From Eledone cirrhosa (lineage: Eukaryota): DNA of 64,000 bases. The DNA lies in assembly GCA_964016885.1 (NCBI GenBank), contig OZ024745.1, forward strand, positions 97,650,001 to 97,714,000, written 5' to 3'. Below the pieces are notes generated by a model, which saw nothing but the letters and a program-made list of their open reading frames with translations, ran no database searches and was not told the DNA's origin. A program made the position numbers and the translations under genes. This document shows, in pieces, positions 27,297 through 41,242 of this stretch (position 1 is the first letter of the stretch; every line of letters begins with the position of its first letter).

Positions 27297-27496
27297 GGGG
27301 ATTCCTTTCTTTGTTTCTGTGCCTCTCCTTTGTTCTGTCCTACGCCATTTTGTTTCTGTGTGTGTGTTGTGTGTTCAGTCTGCGCATGCGCCACATCCGG
27401 GTGTCTGTGTGTGTTTATGTTCATTTATTTATTTGTTTATTTACATGTTACTGGTTGGTTGTTTGTTCTATGTGTGTGTGTGTTTTCATTTTGTCC

Positions 27497-28079
27497 TTAA
27501 TTGTAAGTTGTGATGTTGCTGTTCCACTCATATTTTCTATTTAATTTTGGTTGTAATTCTTTTATGTTTATTGCCTCTGTAATTTGTCTAAACATTGCGT
27601 CTTTTCTGTGTGTAGATTCTATTTTTATTTCTATGTTCTCTAATTTACTCTTGTGTTCTATTTTAGCATGTTGGTAGAGTACAGATGATTCTTTATTATC
27701 TTGAAGGTCTCGCCAGTGTTCATTTATCCGTTCCCCTACACTACGAGCTGTCTCACCTATGTACACTATATTTTTATCTCTACATTGTCCTTCAGTACAT
27801 CTTATGCTATACACTACATTTCTAGTTTTACAGTTAATATGGGGGCTTATTTTACAGGTTATACATTTCTTATCTATACATGAGGGTCTTTGAAAAGGGT
27901 ATGCCTTGCTAATAAGTGTTTTTACGGAGGTACCTTGTCTTTCTACTATCTTAATATTGAGTTTATGTTTATTTAGGGCGCTTCTAAATTTGTAAGCTAA
28001 TTCACCTCTAGGGGTTGTATCGATGAACATTACACTCTGGTATTTATTGCTATCATACCATGAGTTTATTCTATTAGCC
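27497..28079 (-). pseudogene. Penelope-like GIY-YIG endonuclease domain (Nematis-like), uninterrupted but 5'-truncated
   Basis: TP.GEL..IKIVER.G..PF..C..C..C..C..NVVY..C..C..YIGETARS..ER..EH..H..H..RQI.EA..I..LNRK.EWN. Confidence 0.88.
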
Positions 28080-28247
28080 GTATGCAGTTCTCTGGCTACA
28101 ATCAGAGAGATAAAATCAGAGTGTATAGAGGAGCCAGAACCAAATGGGGAAAAATGGTAAATAATGACATAAATGGGACCTGCCCCTTGTATAGGAGCAA
28201 ATTTTGGAATAGAATAGAAAGAACTAGGAACAAGGCTAATAGAATAA
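28080..28247 (+). pseudogene. Inverted upstream segment of the same PLE ORF
   Basis: MQFSGY..G.CPLYRS..W..KANRI joins in frame to ANRINSWY of the minus-strand ORF; 14-nt overlap ggctaatagaataa. Confidence 0.75.
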
Positions 28248-28252
28248 TGGAT

Positions 28253-28670
28253 CCCTTTTCCCCCTCGACAGATGCAGAGATCGTAATGTGATCTACCAGT
28301 GCAACCTGAGGACGGACACCTCCAACAAAGCTTATATAGATTAACCGCTTGTGACCTCAAGACCCGGCTCTACCAACACAGACATACTTTCCGAAACCCG
28401 GCCCGGCGTCACGCCACTACACTTTCGGGCCACATCTGGGACCTCAAAGATAATAATATAACCTACAATCTCACTTGGAGCTTACTGTCCAGAGCCAACT
28501 CTAACACGGGAGGACGCCGTCCGTGTAACTTATGCTCGGAGGAAACATTACAAATGTTGTTTTCGACGGACCAACTCCTAAACAAGAAAGACGAACTGGT
28601 AACTGCATGCAAACACAGATTGCGTAGGACTTACCTCGCCCTCAAACCCCATAATGACCCGGGGGAGTAG
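28253..28670 (+). pseudogene. Second Naiad-like PLE GIY-YIG fragment, frameshift near 28338
   Basis: CRDRNVIYQC..AYI / LT..LKTR..H..F..TTLSGHIWDLK..W..CNLCSEE..LLNKKDELV..CKH. Confidence 0.8.
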
Positions 28671-29313
28671 ACAAGGGCTGAAACACCCCACTTGCCGACT
28701 TTGTAAGGGGTAACCCCTGCTTACAATGGTAGAGATGTAACTTTTTTATATATTCTTTTTTATATATCTTTTATCGTTTCCTCTATATTTTCTTCTCCCC
28801 CCCCATCCCTTCCTAGTCCTTCCACTCCAGATCTCCTTCTTTGTCGTCATTCTTTTCACCTTCTCGCCCACCCCGATGCAGCTCTTCGGTCCTCTGTAGT
28901 CTCAGTACACCCCCCTTATTTTATGATAGAATTGGCCGATTCCGCTTTTTCTAGCAGATGTGCTAGACCCCAGATACTTGCTTTCTTCTCTGGTTGCTGC
29001 CCCATTTCCGTGGTTTCTAGATTTCTTAGTGGTATTTCTGCTTTAGTTTCTTGTATATTAGTATTTATTATTTTTTTTAGGGGGGGGGGGGATTCTGAAT
29101 TAATATTTCGTATTAGTTTTTCATATATATTGTACGAGTACTTATGTAGATTGTATTAGAATTTATGTATTGTAGCAGTATTTATATATATTGTCGAAAC
29201 GACTTGAGCTCAGCCGTCGGGGTCCTACTTGTTCCTATTACCCACTCTACTGCCCTAAGTATTGAGTACTTTGGGGCGTTATGGTCCATCTGGTTCCTTA
29301 CCACATTTCCTTC

Positions 29314-29475
<162 letters not shown>

Positions 29476-29884
29476 CATTATAATGCACTGGGTAATTGCT
29501 GGCCTTGTGCCTAAAGTAGAAACAATTATATATATATATAATTATATGTCCATCATATATTTTGATCAATTGGAGCTAACATGAAGCTTAACAACGACAA
29601 CGATTATGACAACAATAACTAATGAACATATATTTCTGTTATTTTGTCTATTATTTACTTAGAAAAAGAAAACTTTCAGATATAAGATTATGTGATGTCC
29701 CTCATTTTTCGAATATAATTCGCAACAGAAGTAAAGGTGAATTTTAGTTAGTAATCAATATGATCATTTAATAACCAGACATAGTATATATTTACCGGCG
29801 AATTAATAACATTTGCTATCAATCGGCACAGACTTTAACTTAAAATAAGACATAGATAAAATATAGTGTACACACTCCTCGCGC

Positions 29885-29916
<32 letters not shown>

Positions 29917-29963
29917 CACCATCACCGTCTCACATATCATACTCCACACATTTATAGTTATCG

Positions 29964-30001
<38 letters not shown>

Positions 30002-30028
30002 GTATGTGTGCGTGTGTGTGTGTGCATA

Positions 30029-30071
<43 letters not shown>

Positions 30072-30539
30072 GTACAAACATACATACATGCACTTCCGGG
30101 ATGACTCATCATAGTTTCACTCACACTCCAAATCTTTCACTTTCACTCACCCACTCTTCTACTTACATTACATCTCTTTCAATTTTTCTTTTTACCCTTC
30201 TCTCCTTGTTTTAACTATTCCTTCTCCTCCTCTCTTCCTCCTCCTACTACTACTCTGTCTATACCTCCTTCATTTCCTCCCCTTCCCACTTCATTTATGT
30301 TTTTGTCTCTTCCTTTCGTTTATTTCTTTGTTTCTTTTGTAATATATTTTTATGTCTGACTTCTTGTCTCTTTGTCGTCTGTCATTTTTTCCCCTTTCTA
30401 TTTATTCTTTCCTCGTTCATACTTCATCTTCCCCTTTCCATTCTTTTCTTCCTTCTCTCTATCTTAAATATTTTCGTTTTTCCTCCTCATTTTTCTCTCT
30501 TTTCTTGTAAAATATTTTTTTTCAGTCTTCTCGCATTCT

Positions 30540-30946
30540 TTCCTTTCTTAAACGAGATGTTCATGTCTTTCGTTCTTTCTTTCCTTCCTCCCTCCCTTCC
30601 TCCTTCCTTCCTTCCTTCCTTCCTTCCTTCCTTCCTTCCTTCCTTCCTTCCTTCTTTCCTTCTTTTCTGCCTTCTTTCTTTCTCTCTTTCTTTCTTTCTT
30701 GCTTTTATTCTTTCTTTCTTTCCCTTTTCTGTCTTTCTTTTTTCTTTCTTTTTTCTTTCTTTCATTCTTTTTTTTCGCTCATTCATTCTTTCTTTCACTC
30801 TTTCTTTCATTCTTTCTTTTTTCTTTCATCCATTCATTCTATCTTGCTTTCTTTCTTTCATTCCATCTTTCCTTTCTTTCTTTCTTTCTTTCTTTCTTCC
30901 TTTCTTTTTCTTTCTTTCTTTCCTTCTTTCTCTTTCCTTGTTTCAT

Positions 30947-30985
<39 letters not shown>

Positions 30986-31030
30986 ACCTCATTTATCTCA
31001 TTCAGCTGCTTTTTTCTTTCATTTCAGCCT
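30540..31030. repeat. (CCTT)/(CTTT) pyrimidine tract
   Basis: Direct reading. Confidence 0.9.
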
Positions 31031-31106
31031 CTTTCGTTTTAGTTAACTTATTTTATTCATTGCAGTCAGAAAAGTTTATTAAAACATCATTTTACTGGTA
31101 CTGAGA

Positions 31107-32883
31107 TCATCACCACCACCAACACCACCACCACCACCAGCATCACCACTATCAACACTATCACCACCACCACCACTACCATCACCACCGTCACCACCAC
31201 CACCACCATCACCACTATCACCAGCACCACCATCACCACAATCAAAACTATCACCACCACCATCACCACCACCACCATCACCACCACCATCACCACCACC
31301 ACCAGCAACACCATCACCACTATCACCACCACCACCATCACCACTATCACCCCCACCCCCACCCCATCACCACTATCAACAATATCACCACCACCACCAT
31401 CACCACTATCACCTCCCCCACCACCATCACCACCACCACCACCACCATCATCACTATCACAACTACAACCACCACCACCATCACCACCATCACCACCACC
31501 ACCACCATCACCATCACCAGCACCACCATCAACACTATCACCACCACCATCAACACCATCAACACCCTCACCAGCACCATCACCACGATCAACACTATCA
31601 CCACCACCAACACCAACACCAACACCACCACCATCACCACTATCACCAGCACCACCACCATCATCACCACTATCAACACTATCACCACCACCACCATCAT
31701 CACCACCATCACCACCACCACCACCACCATCACCACTATCACCACCATCAACACTATCACCACCACCAACTCCATCACCACCAACACCACCATCACCACC
31801 ACCATCACCACCACCACCATCACCACCATCACCACCAACACCACCATCACCACCATAACCACCATCAACACTATCACCACCATCAACACCCTCAATACCA
31901 GCACCACCATCACCACCATCACCACCATCAACACCGTCAACATCACCACCACCACCACCGCCATCACCACCACCACCACCATCACCACCACCACCACCAC
32001 CATCTACACTATCACCACCGCCACCACCATCACCACCATCACCACCACCACCACCATCAACACTATCACCACCACCAACTCCATCACCACCACCACCACC
32101 ACCATCACCACCATCACCACCACCACCACCACCATCACCACCATCACCATCACCACCACCACCATCACCATCACCACCATCACCACCAACACCACCATCA
32201 CCACCATAACCACCATCAACACTATCACCACCATCAACACCCTCAACACCACCACCACCATCACCTCCACCATCACCACCATCACCACCATCACCACCAT
32301 CACCACCATCACCACCATTACCACCATCACCATCACCGCCACCAGCAACAATATCACCACCATCTACACTATCACCACCGCCACCACCATCACCACCATC
32401 ACCACCACCACCACCATCACCACTATCACCACCATCAACACTATCACCACCACCAACTCCATCACCACCAACACCACCATCACCACCATCACCACCATCA
32501 CCACCATCAACACCATCACCATCACCACCACCATCACCATCACCACCACCATTAACACCTATCACCACCATCACCGCCACCACCCTCACCACCACCATCA
32601 CCGCCACCACCCTCACCACCACCATCACCACCACCACCAACATCAAAACCATCACCACCATCAATACCATTACCACCATCACCATCACCGCCACCACCCT
32701 CACCACCACCATCACCACCACCACCACCACCATCAACACCATCACCACCATCAACACCATCACCACCATCACCATCACCGCCGCCACCCTCACCACCACC
32801 ATCACCACCACCACCACCACCACCATCAACACCATCACCACCATCAACACCATTACCACCATCACCATCACCACCACCATCAT
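31107..32883. repeat. Degenerate (CAC/CAT)n trinucleotide array
   Basis: Direct reading; explains the Gly/Val-rich ORFs. Confidence 0.95.
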
Positions 32884-32938
32884 ATACCAGACATATATCA
32901 CGGTTTCAAAATATGCTGAAGTCAATGTTTGTTTTTCA

Positions 32939-33808
32939 TGCTTCCAAAATCGATAAAATAAGGACCAGTTGTGATTTGAAATCAGAAAATAAAAAACATT
33001 CTGTGCTCTGTTCCACTGAATCTGTCATCTACCGCTTCCAAAATCGATAAAATTAGGACCAGTTGTGATTTGAAATCAGAAAATAAAAGAAACATTCTGT
33101 GGTCTGTTCCACCGAGTCTGTTATCTACCGCTTCCAAAATCGATAAAATAAGGGCCAGTTGTGATTTGAAATCAGAAAATAAAAGAAACATTCTGTGGTC
33201 TGTTCCACCGAGTCTGTTATCTACCGCTTCCAAAATCGATAAAATAAGGGCCAGTTGTGATTTGAAATCAGAAAATAAAAGAAACATTCTGTGGTCTGTT
33301 CCACCGAGTCTGTTATCTACCGCTTCCAAAATCGATAAAATAAGGACCAGTTGTGATTTGAAATCAGAAAATAAAAGAAACATTCTGTGGTCTGTTCCAC
33401 TGAGTCTGTCATCTACCGCTTCCGAAATCGATAAAATAAGGACCAGTTGTGATTTGAAATCAGAAAATAAAAGAAACATTCTGTGGTCTGTTCCACCGAG
33501 TCTGTTATCTACCGCTTCCAAAATCGATAAAATAAGGACCAGTTGTGATTTGAAATCAGAAAATAAAAGAAACATTCTGTGGTCTGTTCCACTGAGTCTG
33601 TCATCTACCGCTTCCAAAATCGATAAAATATGGACCAGTTGTGATTTGAAATCAGAAAATAAAAGGAAACATTTTGTCGTCTGTTCCACCGAGTCTGTTA
33701 TCTACCGCTTCCAAAATCGATAAAATAAGGACCAGTTGTGATTTGAAATCAGAAAATAAAAGGAAACATTTTGTCGTCTGTTCCACCGAATCTGTCACCT
33801 ACCGCTTT
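32939..33808. repeat. 96-bp minisatellite, about 9 copies
   Basis: cttccaaaatcgataaaa at 33035, 33131, 33227 and onward. Confidence 0.95.
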
Positions 33809-34198
33809 CTTATAATACTTCAAACACGAGAAAATTACCAGAGAAATCACAAAACTGAGGAGCCTCAGGGCGAGACAAAATCCCAATCGTATAAAACCTA
33901 CATTTATAAACACAGAGCTTAAAGGAATCCCTGTAACCACCAACACTTACAACTACTCCACCAAATATTGCCCAATCTCCAGAATCTAAAATTTAGGTAA
34001 ATCATCAGAGTCATGAAACCCATCAACAACTCGAATGAAATAGCATTATACAGACATTACCTAAGGTAACTATCACATCTCTAAAACTAAAAAAATACAT
34101 ATATAAATATTAAGTGTAGTATTTCAATTGCACACAATCAACCATTAAAAATTAAAAAAATATATATATATATACAATCATTATTATCATTTATTCTG

Positions 34199-34556
34199 AG
34201 GGCGGTGGATTGGCAGTATCGGTAGAGGGTCGGACGCCGTGCTTTGCAACATAGAGTTACGACCCTTTATGATCTGAGTTCATATTCCGCACTCAACAAA
34301 CCGACACACTCAACAAACAGACACAACAAACATTGGAACTTTAACAAACGGAGAAAAGATATATATTGTTAATAACTGTTTCTACTTTAGGCACAAGGCC
34401 AGCAATTACCCAGTGCATTACTGGTACTTTATATATTGTTAATAACTTTGCCTTATCGGGGTCGATAAAATAAAGTACCAGTCACGCACTGTGGTCGATT
34501 TATTCAACTTTCCCGTCTGCCGGAATTGCTGGCCTTGTGCCTATATAAGAAACCAT
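34199..34556 (+). mobile_element. Rearranged tRNA-SINE with nested inserts
   Basis: SINE head 34199-34289; foreign segment; inverted SINE tail 34378-34429 with 18-bp TSD; SINE core and tail resume at about 34445. Confidence 0.7.
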
Positions 34557-37039
34557 TATGCAAAATCTCCCCCATTTTGCCTCGTTTCTCCACGTTTTGG
34601 GCCACTTTTGTTCATGGTACTCCCTGTTTGGGTTTTTAGAGGTTGGCATGTGTGTAAAATCGAAGCGAACCTCTTCAGCGTTTAGCGATGCAGCGTCCAC
34701 ACCCGTATATCACACTCAACAATATAAACATACTTCACTCAAAGAATTCCTGGAGTTGCATACAACATCTTCTTGTCATTCAAATCAGTGATAGCAAAGA
34801 AAGCAAAACGAAGCCTAAATATACCAGAGGTACTCACCTATACGACATTTGGTCAAGAGAGGGAGGTACAGCAGTTATTTGAACAACGGTGCAGGTTGAT
34901 CATGAAAGTAATGTGTAAGTGTCTGAGCATACCACAGACACGTGTACCTTTAACATTATTCAGTGTGACATAGTGTGTATTAAGGCTGGTTCTTTGATAT
35001 TACTGGTATCATAACAATGCGAAATAACGTGTCTTGTATTGAACTCTTGACCTTAGGGTCATGAGTGAAACACCCCTAATAATTAAGGGCTGAGAGTCGA
35101 TTTAATCGATTACATCCCCAGCCACCCAACAGAGCCCACACCAACTCCCATCCCCACCACAATCAGAAGAAAAAAAAGATTATTGTGTTTTTTTTTACTA
35201 ACTTAGAAATTGATAGAATTTGCAAATCGTCATAACGGTATTTGTTTCGGCTCTCTACGCTATGAGATAAACTTTACTAGCCAATTATCTCGATTACACT
35301 CCACCACAAAACTATAGCCTTGTGTTGCTTGTGTTAGAAACAATTATTATCATTTGCTTTTGCTGTTATTTTGTGTTTCGATTGGCTCTCGGTGTTTTTT
35401 GGATTTTACCTCAATTTAGAATATGAAAAAAAGTTTATTTTTGGATTATTTGCAAACAAGGAACTTCCGTAATTTTTCCATGTCTTTTTCATCACCTCAG
35501 GTTTTTTTTTTCAAGACATTCATTTAATTAAAAGAAAAAAAAATGAATTATTGTTATGGGACAACAGAGTGAAGTAATAGCTTCAAACACGATAGCATCA
35601 GTCATACTCCTTAGGGAAAAAAACAAAACCTAGTGAAAATATTTAAAGTTAAAATGGATTAAATAAAAATTTAAAAAATCGACCACACTCAACAAACAGA
35701 CACAGCAAACATTAAAACTTTAACAAACGGAGAAAAAATATATATTGTTGATAACGTTAGTAACAATAACAGCAGTTTTGACAGCATTGCTAGACAAAGG
35801 GAGATCGACTCTCAGCAAAGAAAAATGTGGAAGACGTATGTTACGAAAAACAATATTTCCTTGCCTTTGGAATACATTAAGGAATTGGCAAGGAGGAGAG
35901 TGACATGTCTGTGTCTTGCCATAAACGGAGAGATTTTTCTAGTGTTCGGGAAATAGAAATTGCAGTCAGTTCAGGATGATGTGTGGAGCAATATGTCTAC
36001 CATCAAACGGGGCAGAACATAAGAAACTGTATAGATACTATTCAAAACTAAGGAGGAAGTAAACAAGAGGGTTGGTCCGGAGACTTGTGTAAAAATATAG
36101 CACAAACGATACCAGCGACGACGTCAAACATTGGCTTCTCTTGATGTTTGTAAGAGAAGTACAGGTAAGTGATAAGCTCGAAAGAAACCAGGAACGATAT
36201 GTGGTCGGGTGGAGTGTGCATGGATATACAAGTCATAACGACTCCTCGAAGACTATAGAGAAATTCCAGAACTGTTTCTCGTCGTGTTTGCAGAAAGAAA
36301 AAAAAGCTACGAGACAAGCAGTGCATGGCAGAAAGCCCATGTGATTCATACATAGCAGTAAAAGCCATTTTATGGCTATATGTCAGACGAAAATGGAAAG
36401 ACTGAAAAGAGAGCAGCAGATACTGCAACAGCAACTAGAGGTCATATAATCTGCTGTCCTTGGAACACCGTTAGTTTGAGACCCCGGAAACAACAAAAGA
36501 AATCATCTCGGTTCAGTCACCAAATCTGAGGAATTTGAAGCTGACATTTATGATGACCAGGAAACTGCCCAGAAAGCCAAGGAACAAATAGGTGAGGACT
36601 AAAATAAACAAACCCCTCCTTTCTAGAAGTATCCAAGGCTCTCAACTTTATGGTAGACCAAAAGAGCAGCGATTAACTAGTTAATTTAATGAACCAGTTA
36701 ATGTGTTGATTGGCACCTCTAAAAGAGAGACATGTAGTAAGGCTGACGTTGAGAGGAGAGTCTATGAAGGTTTAAAGGATTCTGTTCCAGATTTAGAGCC
36801 ATTCATAACTCGGTTGATCAAACAATTTCTCACGAAGCATCGTTGGGTCTACCAGTTTCCAGTGCAAGGAGCGAAAGAAACCGAGGGGTGTTCTGATTCA
36901 ATCTAGGTAAAGGCTTCCCAATGGAACGTCCGAGACCCACAGCAGACAACTGAAGAGGGGATCTGTCCTTTGTTTGTGTTTTCCTTTGATTTCTAAACAC
37001 TCGTTTTTTAGTAACCCCACAGCACCTTGCCCCTTCAAA

Positions 37040-37103
<64 letters not shown>

Positions 37104-37149
37104 ATAATGAGAGGGTGATAGCATTTTTTAATTATTCAGCTATATATAT

Positions 37150-37296
37150 ATATTCATTTTATTAAGGTTAAATAGTGAGTCTTGTTACTCAAGGGTTTTG
37201 GCTGTTTATCACAGGGTCATCAAGAACAATTCTGTGATAAACAGGCGAAACTCCAGACTAACAAGACTCACCATTTAGCCTTAATAAAATGAATAT
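37150..37296. repeat. Imperfect palindrome with hammerhead remnant
   Basis: atattcattttattaagg..gtgagtcttgtta / taacaagactcac..ccttaataaaatgaatat; TTGATGA-c-cctg..cagg-c-GAAA split across the two arms. Confidence 0.6.
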
Positions 37297-37576
37297 CAAA
37301 ACTTTACTTCAGTACTGAGTACTCTTTTCTCTCAGCCGTCAACAACATACAGATATACATATATATTTATATATAAGTAAGCACACGTACATATATATAT
37401 GCATACAGACGTACAGTAGTATATATATACATACATGCACACACATATATATGTACGTATGGATTTACCGAGTATTTACTATAATGCTCGGTTTGTTTGT
37501 AAACAAACATCCCGAATTAAGCCGTACAGTGTTTAGCAACCAACGTTGCCCTTTTTTGTTTAACACTGACAAAGGA

Positions 37577-37619
37577 ACGATGTACTAGTTTCAAGCTTAT
37601 TAGCTATCGTCAGCATCGT
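37577..37619 (-). ncRNA. Type-I hammerhead, family D
   Basis: acgatg-CTGACGA-t-agct-aata-agct-t-GAAA-ctag-TA-catcgt. Confidence 0.87.
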
Positions 37620-38065
37620 ATACCTTCCTGCCAGATGATTGAACGTCTGAAAGTATATACTTTCCTTATGCATATTAACAGCTAAGCAGCCTAATTTGCA
37701 TATCGAGTGAGTTAATCGGCCGGGCGCACCGAAGACGATAAATGGAAAAAAATGAAACGAAATTTCATTTCTCACTCTTAGTACGGCTGTTACTTAAATA
37801 TAAGTATGCACACGTACATACATATATGTATACAGACGTACAGTAGTATGTATATATATACATACATGCACACATATATATATGTACGTATGGATTTACC
37901 GTACTAAGAGTGAGAAATGAAATTTCGTTTCATTTTTTTCCATTTATCGTTTTCGGTGCGCCCGGCCGATTAACTCACTCGATATGCAAATTAGGCTGCT
38001 CAGCCGTTAATATGCATAAGGAAAGTATATACTTTCAGACGTTCAATCATCTGGCAGGAAGGTAT

Positions 38066-38108
38066 ACGATGCTGACGATAGCTAATAAGCTTGAAACTAG
38101 TACATCGT
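38066..38108 (+). ncRNA. Type-I hammerhead, family D
   Basis: Same motif on the + strand. Confidence 0.87.
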
Positions 38109-38370
38109 TCCTTTGTCAGTGTTGGACAAAAGGGCAACGATGGTTGCTAAACACTGTACGGCTTAATTCGGGATGTTTGTTTACAAACAAACGGAGCATT
38201 ATAGTAAATGCTCCATAAATCCATACGTACATATATATATGTGTGCATGTATGTATATATATACATACTACTGTACGTCTGTATACATATATGTATGTAC
38301 GTGTGCATACTTATATACTAAGAGGGAGAAATGAAATTTCGTTTCATTTTTTTCCATTTATATATATATA

Positions 38371-38463
<93 letters not shown>

Positions 38464-38654
38464 ATATACATATGTATGTATATTTGTATATATATGTATA
38501 TATATATATATGTATATATATACATACATATGTATGTATATTTGTATATATATGTATATATACATATATATATAAATATATGTATATATATATATGTATA
38601 TATACATATCTATATATATATATGTATATATACATATAGATATATACATATACA

Positions 38655-38758
<104 letters not shown>

Positions 38759-38769
38759 TAATATATATA

Positions 38770-39551
38770 TATATATGGATGTATATATAATGTATTTTGC
38801 AATACACTTTATGCTTAATTAAAAGCATTTTGAAGACCGTATGCTATTGTTTTAGAGTAGTGACAAATTCACTTACTTTAATCTCAGCAAACAGGGGAGA
38901 TAAGCCGACAAGGCCTTGTTTCGCTTTTGTTGAAGCTTATCAACAATCACTCTGTATAATCAGTTCCTGATTATTTACTAGAATTCTATAAGAATATAAC
39001 ATTAGTAATCTCAGTAGACAGGAGGGGTAGTTAGCCTTGATAAGCTTCAACAAAAGCGAAACAAGGCCTTGTCGGCTTATCTCCCATGTTTGCTGAGATT
39101 AAAGTAAGTGAATTTGTCACTACTCTAAAACAATAGCATACGGTCTTCAAAATGCTTTTAATTAAGCATAAAGTGTATTGCAAAATACATTATATATACA
39201 TCCATATATATATTGCTATTTCAGAGCTCCAATTCTAATTTTTAATTTTTGCCTGACCAACAATCGCTCTGTATAATCAGTTTCTGATTATTTACTAGAA
39301 TTCTATAAGAATATAACATCAGTAATCTCAGTAGACAGGAGGGGTTGTTAACCTTGATAAGCTTCAACAAAAGCGAAACAAGACCTTGTCGGCTTATCTC
39401 CCCTGTTTGCTGAGATTAAAGTAAGTGAATTTGTCACTACTTTAAAACAATAGCATACGGTCTTCAAAATGCTTTTAATTAAGCATAAAGTGTATTGCAA
39501 AATACATTATATATACATCCATATATATATTGCTCTTTCAGAGCGCTCCAA

Positions 39552-39557
<6 letters not shown>
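38770..39557 (+). mobile_element. 317-bp tandem hammerhead unit, family N (about 2 copies) with inverted 5' segment
   Basis: TTGATAA at 39037 and 39354; 38770-38943 is inverted; homologous to family H. Confidence 0.82.
39033..39077 (+). ncRNA. Type-I hammerhead with U3-A8 core (further copies at 39350-39394 plus and 38903-38943 minus, truncated)
   Basis: agcc-TTGATAA-gctt-caacaa-aagc-GAAA-caaggccttg-TC-ggct. Confidence 0.8.
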
Positions 39558-39642
<85 letters not shown>

Positions 39643-39661
39643 GTATATATATATAATATAT

Positions 39662-39747
<86 letters not shown>

Positions 39748-39976
39748 CATATATAATATATATATATATATATGTGTGTGTGGTACAAAACAGTGGTACA
39801 AAATGTCTTATTAGTTTCATGCTATATATTGGAAAGAAGCAAGTTTGACGTGTCGGGCTTAAGCCCCTTTTCAGGACTACAAAATAGAGACAGGATCACA
39901 ATGGAGAAACAAAAAAAATGTCCAGTAAAGACAAAGAAAAAAATACGATAATGACGAGGGAAAATAAGAAAGCCGT

Positions 39977-40056
<80 letters not shown>

Positions 40057-40067
40057 CATATATATAC

Positions 40068-40143
40068 TGGGTCGTCAAGTATGAAATTTGTAGAATTTGG
40101 GGTTTTTTCTACAAATTTCTACAAATTTCATACTTGATGACCC
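40068..40143. mobile_element. Tiny TA-flanked mariner-like MITE (second copy at 40910-40980)
   Basis: gggtcgtcaagtatgaaattt / aaatttcatacttga(tg/ca)accc inverted ends. Confidence 0.6.
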
Positions 40144-40154
40144 TATATACATAT

Positions 40155-40334
<180 letters not shown>

Positions 40335-41242
40335 CGAGAGAGAGCGAGAGAAAGAGAGAGGGGGGGGGGGGGGGCGAGATGGTATGACAAGTATTGATTA
40401 CCGGGATTGGTTAAAAAAGATACAAACTTTATTCTCTCCATTGTTGACGTGAGCCCTACATCAGTTGTTTAATGTTGGAAACAATCCAGTAATATTGGTC
40501 CAGATGATATTATCTTCCGCTTTAAAAATCCACCCAAGGCTTGGTCTCTCTGGCATCGGCCTCTTTCAAAAATCGAGCTCGCCTCACTTAATAAATAACA
40601 CAATCCTTTCGGGCCCTGATATATTCAATATCATATTGAAATGTTTCAAGGAAGTAAAAGATTCTATAATGGTCAGATGGTTCCGTGATAAATTCCTCCA
40701 CCAAATTCCATATAATCCACCTACAGCCTGATATGTTTCCGCCAACATCTCTTTGGTTAAGTGCGTTATAGTATCCAAAGTATAACTGAAATATGAAGTA
40801 GGCTTGAAAAATCTTTGCCAGGTGGTGCAATTAAGTAAGACATGACCTGGGCCAATACTGGCCGAAATCTATCAAAGTTCAAACATTTAATGTACGTACA
40901 TACATACATATTGGGTCGTCAAGTATGAAATTTCTTTTTTCTCTACAAATTTCTACAAATTTCATACTTGACAACCCAATACATACATCATGATGATGGC
41001 TGCAACTCGGTTTCGAGTGATGTCTGCGCTTGAATTGTTTTAATGGAAGAAAGGACTTGCACCGGACGATTCTCACTCTCTGAACAACAGTGAAAAGTGT
41101 CCAGAAAGAACAAATCAACATCATTGGCTGCCAACGACTCGTAGGTTTTATATGAGAGTTTTCCTTCTCCTAGAATGATGTCATAAAAGAACTAGGTGTC
41201 TCTCACTTCCGGTGGGTTACATACATACATACATACATACAT

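Larger units (their letters stand above)
37375..38360. mobile_element. Family D units (period about 431) arranged as an inverted pair
   Basis: atggatttaccg at 37459 and 37890; orientation flips at about 37900. Confidence 0.8.

Noticed and set aside
31087-32925. 612-aa Gly/Asp/Val-rich ORF
   Set aside because: Product of a degenerate (CAC/CAT)n array; composition switches with frame slips, and there is no splice or domain evidence
32982-33723. 32-aa repeat ORFs open on both strands of the 96-bp array
   Set aside because: A unit length divisible by 3 propagates any open frame; terminal units break frame and there is no recognisable motif
35820-36960. Possible fossil transposase or host exon
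   Set aside because: Coding-like composition but many stops and no motif I can name; needs BLASTx
39847-39876. Family-C-like hammerhead on the minus strand
   Set aside because: Core is CTGAAAA/GACA and helix I is unpaired; remnant only
40380-40880. Possible decayed retroelement coding fragment
   Set aside because: No diagnostic motif recognisable
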